From Octopus vulgaris (taxonomy: Eukaryota): a stretch of DNA of 64,000 bases. Location: contig OX597837.1 in assembly GCA_951406725.2 (NCBI GenBank), positions 22,878,001-22,942,000 of the forward strand, read 5' to 3'. Of this stretch, positions 52,611 through 64,000 are shown piece after piece. The notes beneath the pieces are model-generated. The model saw only the letters and a program-made list of their open reading frames with translations, was not told where the DNA came from and did not search any database. Made by a program: the position numbers and the translations under genes. How positions within the stretch are numbered: the first letter of the stretch is position 1; each line of letters opens with the position of its first letter.

Positions 52611-53699
52611 CCCTAACAATAACAACAACAACAATAATGATAACAACAATACATGGGCCTTTTAAATTAAGGGCGTATTTTAATTTACTGTTTTGTGATG
52701 AATTCCCTCAATGAAATATTGTTGTCTCCTAACATACAAAAAGTCAACTTTATCTTTCATCCTTTGGGGATTTATTCCAGCTGATTACATGGTTGAGGGT
52801 GCCATCTTAACCATTATGATATACTAACAACCATTACACTTGTTTGTCTTTTGGTTCTAAAATCAAAACAAAATATTTGTAAAACCCTGTATTCAGATAG
52901 CCTTTTATGCTCTTAGTTCAAATCCTACTTTAACTCTTTAGCATTCATGGGATTGCACATAGAAAGTTACCCTCCAAGGCACAACTCTGGGCAAAATTGT
53001 TTATGGAAGACCAGCTGTTGCCCATGCATACCAGTCTCCCCTTTCCATGCCACTGATGTTATCCAAGTGAAAGGCAAAGGGGCCGATACAGTTTGGCACC
53101 AGTGATGTTGCAACTCATTTCTACAGATGAGTGGACTGGAGCAACATGAAATAAAGTGTCTTGCTCAAGAACACAACATACAACCCAGCCCAGAAATCGA
53201 ACTCACTACCTCATGATTGTGAGCCCAATGCCGTAACCACTGAAGAGCATTATCTCTTGGTTTCAAAACCTCATTGATATGATTACTCTTTTACTTGTTT
53301 CAGTCATTTGACTGCGGCCATGCTGGAGCACCGCCTTTAATCTAGCAACTTGACCCCGGGACTTATTCTTTTGTAAGCCTAGTACTTATTCTATTGGTCC
53401 CTTTTGTCGAACCGCTAAGTGACGGTGACATAAACACACCAGCATTGATTGTCAAGCAATGCTAGGGGGACAAACACAGACACACATACATACATGCACA
53501 CACACATATATATGCGTTGCCGTATTTCGTCTGCCGTTACGTTCCGAGTTCAAATTCCGCCGAGGTCGACTTTGCCTTTCATCCTTCCGGGGTCGATAAA
53601 TTAAGTACCAGTTACGCACTGGGGTCGATGTAATCAACTTAATCCGTTTGTCTGTCCTTGTTTGTCTCCTCTGTGTTTAGTCCCTTGTGGGTAGTAAAG

Positions 53700-53743
<44 letters not shown>

Positions 53744-54884
53744 CATATATATGATGGGCTTCTTTCAGTTTCCATCTACCAAATCCACTCACAAGGCTTT
53801 GGTCGGCCCGAGGCTATAGTAGAAGACACTTGCCCAAGGTGCCACGCAGTGGGACTGAACCCGGAATCATGTGATTGGTAAAGAAGCTACTTACCACACA
53901 GCCACTCCTGATTCTTTATTTCTTAGAATGAAATTGTAGTGTAAACATGAAAGGTTGGATCTGATCAGTTTTAAACATAAAGCAGGTAGAATATTTGGGC
54001 CTAATATGGGTGGTTTAAATTCTAAAGGATGGCTTTTATCTGTTTGGGGTCGATAAAATACCAGTTAGATTCTGCAGATGATGCAATTAACTATTGCCCT
54101 CTGCCAACTCAATTCAAGGCTATGCACATATCTATCTAATGCACATGTCTAATGCATATCTAAGAAATCAATATAAACGAGATATAGAGATATCAGTGTG
54201 ATATAACGTGATAAAAATATGCATCAACAGATGATGGAAAACAGAATGGACAATATAGAGAGTATAACTTCAAGTAGCTTTCAATCTACACTCTATGCCC
54301 TACACTGAAGATCCATATTGATGATAGGGTATAAAAAAATAATCATTAATTAATACAATACAGAATACTAAAATTTAACTGGATTTGAACTTTCAACCTT
54401 GCGTTTTACATTGAACAATAAATAATTACTTTTACTCCAAAAGAGAGAAAAAAGGAGTAAACTACTCTCCTCGAATGAAAACAATGAAGAAAAAATTACT
54501 TGTCACATAAACAGTCCAAAAGTAAAATAATGAAAATATAAATTCTTAATAGGATCGTCACCTTTGGCTGATGGTTGTTCTTGTGTTCCATTTTTTAAAA
54601 AAAATATTTCCTTTTAAATATTTATCAAAAAAATGTGCTCTTAAGTCAGTTTGTTTCATACTGTTTATCTGAGTGACAAAAATATTCCAATCCTAATGGT
54701 ATCAATTAAATATCAGTTATGGGAACAACTGCACCAACATTATGCAAATGTACAAATTTTGAAAAAAAAAAAGCTCATCTCTGCCATCTAAGTGTAAAAT
54801 CTCTCTCTCTCTCTCTCTTTCCTTCTCTCCGTATCTCTCTTTCTCTCTCTCTTTCCTTCTCTATGTATCAATCTATCTATCTAA

Positions 54885-55184
54885 CATGTGACTTCATTGA
54901 CCAAGGTTACCGTGGTCTTTTCCGTAGGCTTTTCTTTCCACGGATAAACCTCACCTGTCCTCTCCTTTACACTTTATATTACCATTTCTGTGATAACGAT
55001 CCCTATTGATCGATCTTTTCTTTTTCCTTTTATTTTATTCCTCTCCTTTTTTTTGCCTTTCTCTTTCTTTTTACAATCCCTTTTGATCGAAAACCAAACC
55101 CCCTTTTTTTATCCCCAAAAGAAAAGCTCTACCTTGTAATTTGTCCCGTCTTTGTGCAGCCCTGTGTGGCTAATAAAGAAACAT
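54885..55184 (+). mobile_element. Probable LINE 3' UTR fragment ending in the same tail as SINE-B type 2
   Basis: Pyrimidine-rich UTR-like sequence ending tttgtcccgtctttgtgcagccctgtgtggctaataaagaaa, compared with the SINE tail tttgtcccctc.gtgtttagccccttgtgggcaataaagaaa. Confidence 0.5.
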
Positions 55185-58100
55185 ATCTATCTATTAATCT
55201 AGATATATAGATAAATGTATATCATGGTATGGATAAGACTATCAGGTGTTGTCATACACTACTTGTCGCAATGTAATTTGTATTGTTTTAAGTTTCAAAT
55301 GGTGCCAACCTGCTGGGTCAGAACTCTGGCTAACATTTCCCCTGAAAGGCATACCAGTGAGTCACAGGGTTACCATTTATAACTGAGTGGCTTGGAGCAA
55401 TGTGAAATGAAGTGTTTTGCTCAAGAACACAATGCACAGCTGGCCTGGGAATTGAAACCAGATCTCACGATCATGGGTGAAACATTCTAATCACTATGTA
55501 TGTGTGTATATACGTGTGTATGTGTGTGAGTGTATTATTTAAAACAGTTTGATTTGGCTCCATATGACTTTCATAAGCTTCTTCATAAGAATTTCATAAG
55601 CTTCTTACAGAAATCTCGCTATTTTAGACAACAAAAAGGAGAAACACAAACACACATACAAATAAAAGTTGTTTAGAAAGTGATGCGATACAAAAAACTT
55701 TTGTTGCACAATTGCAGCCAGAGAACTGACACAGCTCATTGACCTAGATTCCAATTACATAACGAAATTTCAAACACCCAAGAAATAAACGAAAAATAAA
55801 TTTAATTTATAGGCGCAGGAGTGGCTGTGTGGTAAGTAGCTTGCTAACCAACCACATGGTTCCGGGTTCAGTCCCACTGAGTGGCATCTTGGGCAAGTGT
55901 CTTCTGCTATAGCCCCGGGCCGACCAATGCCTTGTGAGTGGATTTGGTAGACGGAAACTGAAAGAAGCCTGTCGTATATATATATATATATATATGTGTT
56001 TGTGTGTCTGTGTTTGTACCCCTAGCATTGCTTGACAACCGATGCTGGTGTGTTTACGTCCCCGTCACTTAGCGGTTCGGCAAAAAGAGACCGATAGAAT
56101 AAGTACTGGGCTTACAAAGAATAAGTCCCGGGGTTGATCTGCTCGACTAAAGGCGGTGCTCCAGCATGGCCGCAGTCAAATGACTGAAACAAGTAAAAGA
56201 GTAACAGGTTTTGTGTGTTTCCAGTTAGCTAAAATGTCTCTTCCATTTAAGGGGTTGCTGATATTTAGTCACAAAGTATTACAGACATGGTTGTGTGGTA
56301 AGAAGCTTGCTTACCACCCACATGATTTCAAGTTCAGTCCCACTGTGTGGTGCCTTGGGCAAGTGTCTTGTACTGTAGCCTCAGGCTGATCAATGCCTTG
56401 TGATTGGATTTGGTAGACATAAACTGAAAGAAGTCTGTTGTATAGATATGTGTGTGTGTGTGTGTTTGTTCTTCCCCACCACTTGACAACCAGCGGTGGT
56501 GTGGTGTGGTGTGGTCATAGCCCAGTAACTTAGTGGTTTGGCAGAGGAGACAGATAGAATAAGTACCAGGCTTTTAAAAAAAGGCCTAGGGTCAATTTTT
56601 TTGAGTAAAACTGTTCCAGGTGGTGCCCTGGCCTGGCTGCAGTCAAATGACTGAAACACGTAAAAGATAAGAGATATAAAAATTTTTAATGCTGTATTTC
56701 TCAGAAGATATTTGTCAATACTAGATTACACCAAATATATTTTGCATGAACATTTGCATTTGTAGAAATAAACAGATGGCAAAAAAGTATAGATCAGTTG
56801 ATTAACTCATAACTTCTTGTACAACACAGTACTGCATGGAACTGCATTGATCAGCCAGTCCTGAAATGCATGATATCACAAGAATCATACTAAACTTGTT
56901 TACATTCATTTCAAAGAAACTGAAAACCTTTCAGATATAAGGGAGAAACCTCTAACCCCTTCATCTATCACTCATCTCTGTTCTGAAATGGAATCATTAC
57001 AGGATTAAGCTGTGCTTTTGACCTAGAATATTTTCAATAGGATGTTAAGAGTTAATTATTCAGCAGATATTTTTCACTGATTATTGATTGATTTCCAGCC
57101 AATCAAATCAATTTCCTTTAAGCCTATTTTAAATGTTTATATCACTAGATCCATATTTTATAATTAGCAAAATTTTTCAAAAATGCTGCATACAAAATTC
57201 ACCATTAAAAGAAACATTTCATTACTTGGTGTCCATGGAATACATTGAAAAAAAAATATCGATTTTAATATTTTGATAAAATAGTCCATAATAATGTGTG
57301 GAAGTGATTGTTTAAACAAAGAGAAAGCTCACATTATAGAAACTTTTGATCATTAAATTTAAATGTTTGCTATGTGTTTACTGATAAATGATCCACAAAT
57401 AATATATGTTCAGTGAATCCAATAGAATAGCAAATATTAAGGAAAATATATAAAAAAAAATCAAAAAACCAGTGTTTATTGCCAAACACCACAGATATGT
57501 TAAGAAATGGCTAATATCTTTATTACACAGAATTAAGAAAATATTATGAAATAGGTGATAAAAATACACATGCACACAAACATATATGTATATATACATG
57601 AACACATGCATGGAACAGTAGCACCAAACCCACTGCTATGTTCTGTCACTTGGCGTGGTGGTTGTTCTTTTTTTCTTTATCAAACTGGTGCTTATATAAT
57701 GCTCATATCTTTTATACTGAACTCTTAGACTTTAGCTTACAGTTTATATTCAGAAAGTCTAGTTTTGCATATCTCTTCACCATTTCTTTGATAAAGCTAC
57801 TGAAATGCTAAAATTAAAATGTTCTGACACTAATTTTCTGAAATTTGAAAATGTACAAACTACAAGTTCATTTACATTTATAATGTCTCAAATATAAACT
57901 TTATCTTTAGAAAAAAAAGAAAAAAAGAAAAAAATCTGGCATGGCTACGTGGTAAGAAGCTTGCTTCCCAACCACATGATTTTGGGTTCAGTCCCACTGC
58001 ATGTCACCCTGTCATTGTCTCTATGAGACTCGACAACTGAATCTTCAGAATAAAAAATGAATTTGTCCCCCTAGCATTGCTTGACAACTGAATCTTCAGA

Positions 58101-58662
58101 AAAAAAAATGTATTTGTCCCCCTAGCATTGCTTGACAACCGATGCTGGTGTGTTTATGTCCCCGTTACTTAGCGGTTCGGCAAAAGAGACCGATAAAATA
58201 AGTACTGGGCTTACAAAAGAATAAGTCCCAGGGTCGAGTTGCTTGATTAAAGGCGGTGCTCCAGCATGGCCACAGTCAAATGACTGAAACGAGTAAAGAG
58301 TAAAAGGATAATATCTAAATCTACACTTGAGCAGTAGACTGACTAAATCTTCAGAGCCACAAACAAAACACTTTGCAATTTTCAAGTAATGACCCTTTAT
58401 AATCTGGGTTTACATCCCACCGAGGTCGACCTTGTCTTTCATCCTTTTGAGGGTCAATATATTAAGCCTTAGAATAGCTTCTACTCCACTTGACCCCTGC
58501 AAAGAATGTCTTCATTTGGCTTTTTAATGATATGAGGTCTGGTACCTAATTAAACAACCAATGTTTCGAATATGGTATATGTGATGATATGATAATCTGT
58601 AATATGGTTTACTGTTGAGTGATAAAAAATATCAATTTAAAAAGTTGGTAAAACAGCATTAA

Positions 58663-58884
58663 CCCTTTAGCATTTAAACTGGCCATATCCAGCCAAAAGT
58701 ATTCTGCCTTTTTTTATGTTCAAACTGGCCAGATCTGGTCTCTCACACCAACCCTACAATATCGTTTTAAAAATTAACAGCTACCTCATCAGAATCACAT
58801 AGCTACAAGATAATGCATGATTAGTTCAAAACAATGTGGATGAAAAAGGATTAATTTTGGCAGAATAATGCGAACACTAAAGGG
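58663..58884. mobile_element. piggyBac-type MITE family 1 (reverse orientation to 10216-10436)
   Basis: TTAA|ccctttagcatt...aacactaaaggg|TTAA, about 100 bp from the tomosyn exon donor site. Confidence 0.88.
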
Positions 58885-58982
58885 TTAAAGACTCTATAAA
58901 AATGCTCAGTTTTTCTTTAACAAATATTAACACAGACGACTGAAGAAAAGAAGGCAATTCCAGAGGAATTTTTTATACTTAC

Positions 58983-59117
58983 AATTCAATTGCTTTGTTC
59001 CAATTAATTACATAACCAGACAGAGAAAACGTTTCTATGTTCACTATGTGTACATTCCCACGTTCAGTTCCGATGTAAAACCACTTACTTTGGAAAGGCA
59101 AATGGCAATATGTAATA
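58983..59117 (-). CDS. STXBP5: Tomosyn/syntaxin-binding protein 5, internal coding exon (135 bp, WD40 region)
   Basis: Minus strand reads cag|T ATT ACA TAT TGC..., giving ITYCHLPFQSKWFYIGTERGNVHIVNIETFSLSGYVINWNKAIE(L), then |gtaagt. The peptide matches the recalled tomosyn segment VTFCHLPFQSKWLYVGTERGNIHIVNVESFTLSGYVIMWNKAIEL. Phase 2-2. Confidence 0.95.
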
Positions 59118-59876
59118 CTGAAAGAAGCAGAGAAATAAGAAAAGGAATTGCAATTATCAATAATTACTCTTAGATAATACATCAAATTTAATATTAAAAA
59201 GAAAATCAATCAAAATAGTTGGGTAGCATTATATTTGAGTGTAAAAATAAAAACAGATTAAATACAACAGCAAATGTGTAGAAATGAAGATATTAAAGGT
59301 TGTAGCCCTGAGACATCTAACTGCTAAAAGATATATTTCAATGCCCGTGGCTTTTAAACACAGTATGTATTGCGAATGTACCCAATAGCAATTGTTGATT
59401 CAGTTAGCATGCTGTCAGTATGAAGTTATACATACAATTGTTTTAAAAATATTATTTAATTTATTTTTAAGCAACTAAGGTTACTGAGCAAAAGAAGGAA
59501 CTATGCCAGTTTAATGTTTTAAGTGCTTTTAAAATTGGCAGTGATTCTACACTGGATTCTTTAAAAAATATACATAATTATGGCTGTACTCCAGGGGATT
59601 TTTAGTTAAAAAAAACTGGGAATTGCGTTATGTTCAAGAACACAGTATAATCCTTTCTGGTATAGATACAAGGCTCAAAATTTGGGGGAGGGGGATAATC
59701 GATTACATTGACCCCAGTGCATAGCTGGTACTTAATCTATCGACCTCGAAAGGATGAGAGGCAAAGTTGACTTTGGCGGAATATGAACTCAGAATGTAGC
59801 AACAGGTGAAATACTGCTAAGCATTTCGTCCAGTGTGCTAATGATTCTGCAAGCTCACTGCCCTAAGATCATAGTA

Positions 59877-60417
59877 TCTCTCTCTATATAAACGGCAGTT
59901 TGTCTGTCTGTGTGTCTGTCAGGTTGTACCCTCACCCTGACCACGGCTTTCAACCGATTCTGATGAAACTAAACACACACATAGCCCAATGTCATAATTC
60001 AAAACTAACGCAGCGAAAATTTTGAAAAGTTCCCCCAGTTTTGAGAAAAATCGATAAATTCGACATGGGGTCGAGAATCTCAGCTTTTTATATGCAACAC
60101 ATTTTCTGTTGTAGTTTTCGCAACTTGCAATCGATTTTCACCAAACTCATGGTGAAGCTTAATGTTACCCTAAGAAACTTAATTCTGACGTTAGTTTTCC
60201 ATGCAATACCTTACCATCAGAAAAAAATCGATAAAATCATGCCATTTTGGGAAATCGCGTTTTCGCCTAAAGGGACAGCTAGGAACATCGTATACACAGA
60301 AGACATTGCAACCTACACATGCGCCTTCGTTCCCTAGAGGGAAAGGACTAGATTGGGATTAGTCATTGCCTACTAGGGGCTCTTACATACCCGGGCAACG
60401 CCGGGCTATACTGCTAG
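59877..60417 (+). mobile_element. Non-autonomous Helitron
   Basis: A|TCTCTCTCTATATAAACGGCAGTTTGTCTGTCTG...CCCGGGCAACGCCGGG (hairpin) CTATACTGCTAG|T. Confidence 0.9.
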
Positions 60418-60663
60418 TAATCACATAAAAATGGCTGTTATTTTTTAATGACTACCAAGTATGTTAAGAAATGAAAAAGTTAGGAGATAAGGGGCACTAT
60501 TCATGACTTTTATATATCTCAGTCTCAGGTTGGTGAGAGTGCAGAACAAAAAATACAGTGGTTAGGGTGGAAACTGGTGACCCTGTTTTCAAAACACTTA
60601 TAATAAAGTGAACTCTGCTGAAGCAACTCAAGCACAAAGTATTAATGGTATTACGGTGCCAAC

Positions 60664-60915
60664 AGTATAGAGATTGTGAGGTATACTTGCCATCTCAATA
60701 TGGCTAACCACTAAGGGTGGGTGTTACTGTAGCTTGTAGCCCCAGGAGAACATCGTCTCCAGCTGGCTTTAGGCACACTTTCTGTGCTCTTATGGTATTT
60801 GCAAAGGGCGGTCCCTTTGCAAATAGTGGTTAGCCATATTGAGATGGCAAGTATACCTCACACTGTCGTGCAGTTACTGTTTATACCTCGTTCAGAGATT
60901 TAGTATAGAGATTGT
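60664..60915. repeat. Inverted-repeat insertion with a 14-bp direct repeat at its boundaries
   Basis: Perfect 39-bp arms at 60675-60713 / 60824-60862, an inner 13-bp hairpin at 60796-60825, and agtatagagattgt at 60664 and 60902. Confidence 0.85.
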
Positions 60916-61679
60916 TGTATAGGAAAGGGAAAGAAATTGGAATGAAGAAGCATTTATGTTAGAACAAGGCTGAGGCTCAAAAATACAAATATATTCATTT
61001 GCTAAAGGACAAGGTTTAATCTGTTATTGAGAGAGAAGAGAAGAGCAAGAATTAACATACTTAGAAAATTAGATGTGTAATAATAGACTATAATATAGAA
61101 TAATGATAAATATACCCTAATGTACACATGCTTGTATGCATGCATGCACACGCGTGTGCACACCCCCACGTTCTCTATCGTTTTTAATTATTTGAATTCT
61201 TCCTCTGAAAAAGGAGCCAGTTTTTAACAAAAATACAAAGACCATTGCTAATATTCTTTTACTTGTATTAGTCATTTGACTGTGGCCATGCTGGGGCATT
61301 GCCTTTAGTCAAACAAATCGACCCCAGGATTTATTCTTTGTAGGCCTAGTACCTGTTCTATCAGTCTCTCTTGCCAAACTGCAAAGTTTTGGGGATGCAA
61401 ACACATCAACATTGGTTGTCAAGTGATGGTGAGAGACAAACACAGACACAAAAACACACACACACACATATATATATACAACGGGCTTCTTCCAGATTCT
61501 GTCTACCAAATCCACTCACAAGGCTTTGGTTGACCTGAGGCTATAGTAGAAGACAGTAGCCTAAGTTGCCACGCAGTAGGACTGAACCCAGAACCATGTG
61601 GTTGGGAAGCAAGCTTCTTACCACACAGCCACTCCCGTAGATAACAAAAACAAATAACAAAAACAAAGTCACATTTTAA

Positions 61680-62630
61680 ACTTGTAAAACTTATTGCATA
61701 TTTTCATAGTACCACTTATTTCACTGTTCAAAATAATTTGTTGATTTTTGTTTTCCTGAAATCTCCAGCTTATCCAGACTGTCACTTTGGCACTTACTCA
61801 TAAAACCAAGTGCACCAATTATTATTGTTATCAAGTCTTTTCCAGATGATGATATGTATGACCCAAGACTTTCTAACTAGAAAGGGTATGGCCTGGTCAG
61901 CCTGTAATGACATGCATAAGATCTGGTCATCAAATCTAAGTAGAGACTTCAAACTTGAAATCTTCAAAGCCACAGTTGAACCAATTCTACTATATGGCTC
62001 AGAAACCTGGACGTTATCAAAGAAGCTTGAGAGGCGGTTGGATGGAACCTACACTCGCCTCCTTATGAGAGCTCAAAATCTCTCGTGGAAGCGCCATCCA
62101 ACCAAAATGCAAATATATGGGAAACTACCACCTGTGTCATCTCTTGTGAAAGGTAGGAGAGTCCAGTTTGCTGGACATTGTTGTAGAGCTGAAAACAAAG
62201 CAATTTCTACTCTTCTCCTCTGGAAGCCATCTACTCGCAATACCAGAGGGCGCACACTCTCCTACCCTGATGTAATCTCCAGGGATACAGGCATCCAGCA
62301 ACAGGACCTCCGTAATGCCATGATGGACCGTGAAGTCTGGCGTAGCATGGTAAATTCCATTGTCTCGACCACGGTCGAACAATGATGATGATGATAATGA
62401 TTGTTATAAATGTGAATTTATAATCTGGATATAGATGCTGGAGGTTTTGAGGCAGTTGTCCATAGTTGTTCTGTTTCTCTTCAATTTCCAAAGAGATATT
62501 CACTCAACAGGACAGTTGACCTCTATGATGGTATATACTTTTTCTTGCCTGTCCCTAACAGCAATATCTGACCTGTTATGTTTACACTTGGCATGTTTTA
62601 AAGGGAATGTTCCACCAGTATTTCTTGTTT
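61680..62630 (-). pseudogene. Restriction-like endonuclease (RLE) domain fragment of an R4/Dong-like non-LTR retrotransposon, split by an RTE insertion
   Basis: Minus-strand translation with frameshifts: KYWWNIPFKT..KCKHNRSDIAVRDRQEKVYTIIEVNCP..NISLEIEEKQNNYGQL..NLQHLYPDYKFTFITIII, then the insert, then ITIIIGALGFMSKC...LDKL...GGTMKIC. This follows the RPD...E.S.P...EK...Y..L...PIIIGALG pattern. Confidence 0.78.
61832..62399 (+). mobile_element. 5'-truncated RTE-group LINE 3' end
   Basis: Open frame RKGMAWSACNDMHKIWSS...IFKATVEPILLYGSETWTL...RLDGTYTRLLMRAQNLSW...RRVQFAGHCCR...LLLWKP...RGR...MMDREVWRSMV* with a (TGA)n tail, bounded by the direct repeat attgttat (61824 and 62400). Confidence 0.9.
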
Positions 62631-64000
62631 GTTTGTTTGTGTGTGTGTGTGTGTCTCTGTGTACATATAAATATCCCAGACCGGGCGTTGTGAGTGTTTA
62701 TTGAGCGAAAACACCTAAAAGCTCTACGAGGCTCCGGCAGGGGATGGTGGTGATCCCTGCTGTACTCTTTCGCCACAACTTTCTCTCACTCTTACTTCCT
62801 GTTTCTGTTGTACCTGTATTTCAAGGGGCCGGCCTTGTCACTCTCTGTGTCACGCTGAATATCCCCGAGAACTACGTTAAGGGTGCACGTGTCTGTGGAG
62901 TGCTCAGCCACTTACACGTTAATTTCACGAGCAGGCTGTTCCGTTGATTCGGATCAACCGGAACCCTCATCGTCGTAACCAACGGAGTGCTTCCACATAT
63001 AAATATATGTATGTATGCATGTAGTTAAGTATGTATGTAATATATGAGGTGTTATAAGAAAGATTCAAGACTGCATGATTTTTCATGATATTGTTATTAA
63101 ATTATTCGAAAACAGTAAAATTCTAACCCCTTTAGTTCAGGTATGTCATTGTTTAGCTCACCAAGTGAAAAAAGCCCGCAATTGAAAGTGTTTTAGCCAT
63201 GAAATACCCATACCGTTTTTGAAGAGAGAGAGAGTTATTTGGAGACATTTAGCAGCTATTTCTAGCAGGTCTGTTAACCACATTGGCTCATTGACGAGTG
63301 TTTGTAATAAATATATGAGTGGAAACCAGAATGCATTATGTAATTATACTATTCAGTTCTGTCATGTCCGTTCTGAGTTCATAACCTACAGGTGTTCACA
63401 TTACCTTGCGTCTTTCTAATATTGATAAAATGAGGTGGAATGGTTAATGCAATTGGCTATAGTGCTGACCTTCAACAACTGACCTTTATCCATAATATAT
63501 ATTATGGCAGCAGTGAGCAATGGCATGGGAAAGAACAGACTTAATGGAATGCAAATTATGAGCTGACACCAATCCTTGAAGGAATTAAATTTCACTTATT
63601 TGTGCAGATGATGTCCTTGATAAACTTAAATATCATATTCTTTTATGAGTATGGCTATGCTGGAGCACCACCTTGAAGGATTTTAGCCAAACAAATTGAT
63701 CCCAGGACTTATTTTTTAAGCTAAGCACTTATCCTGTTGGTCTCTTTTGCCAAACCGCTAAGTTATGGGGACATAAACACACCAACACCAGTGTTCAAGT
63801 GGTGACGGGGGGACCATCACAGACAGAAAGACATACACATATAAATATATACACACACACACATATATATATATATGTATGTATATACTCTTTACTCTTA
63901 TACTTGTTTCAGTCATTTGACTGCAGCCATGCTGGAGCACCGCCTTTAGTTGAGCAAATCGACCCTGGAACTTATTCTTTGTAAGCCCAGTACTTATTCT

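Noticed and set aside
58979-59209. 76-aa ORF as a standalone gene
   Set aside because: Only 58983-59117 is exon; the N-terminal part is intronic polypyrimidine tract, and the stop lies in the donor site (gtaagt).

Overview
AT-rich eukaryotic genomic DNA, dense in microsatellites and interspersed repeats. The repeat families look like those of an octopod cephalopod (Octopus-like); this is recognised from memory and not database-verified. The only host gene I can support is tomosyn / syntaxin-binding protein 5 (STXBP5) on the minus strand. Three internal coding exons (135, 64 and 84 bp) have canonical AG/GT sites and join in frame, separated by introns of about 33.5 kb and 12.2 kb; the gene extends beyond both window edges. 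The rest is intronic and consists of: (1) many tRNA-derived SINE copies from at least three families with modular, swapped tails; (2) 3' fragments of RTE, BovB-like, CR1 and R4/Dong-like (RLE) LINEs; (3) piggyBac, hAT and Tc1/mariner fossils with TTAA- and TA-flanked MITEs; (4) two non-autonomous Helitrons; (5) several long hairpin elements; (6) 19-bp and 27-bp minisatellites. Nearly all ORFs in the supplied track are repeat artefacts. I see no convincing new protein-coding system. The most interesting signals are structural: recurrent antisense SINE-in-SINE insertions with TSDs, near-perfect long hairpins (candidate ADAR substrates in a neuronal pre-mRNA), a locally templated complex insertion, Helitron capture, and direct repeats bracketing an exon.
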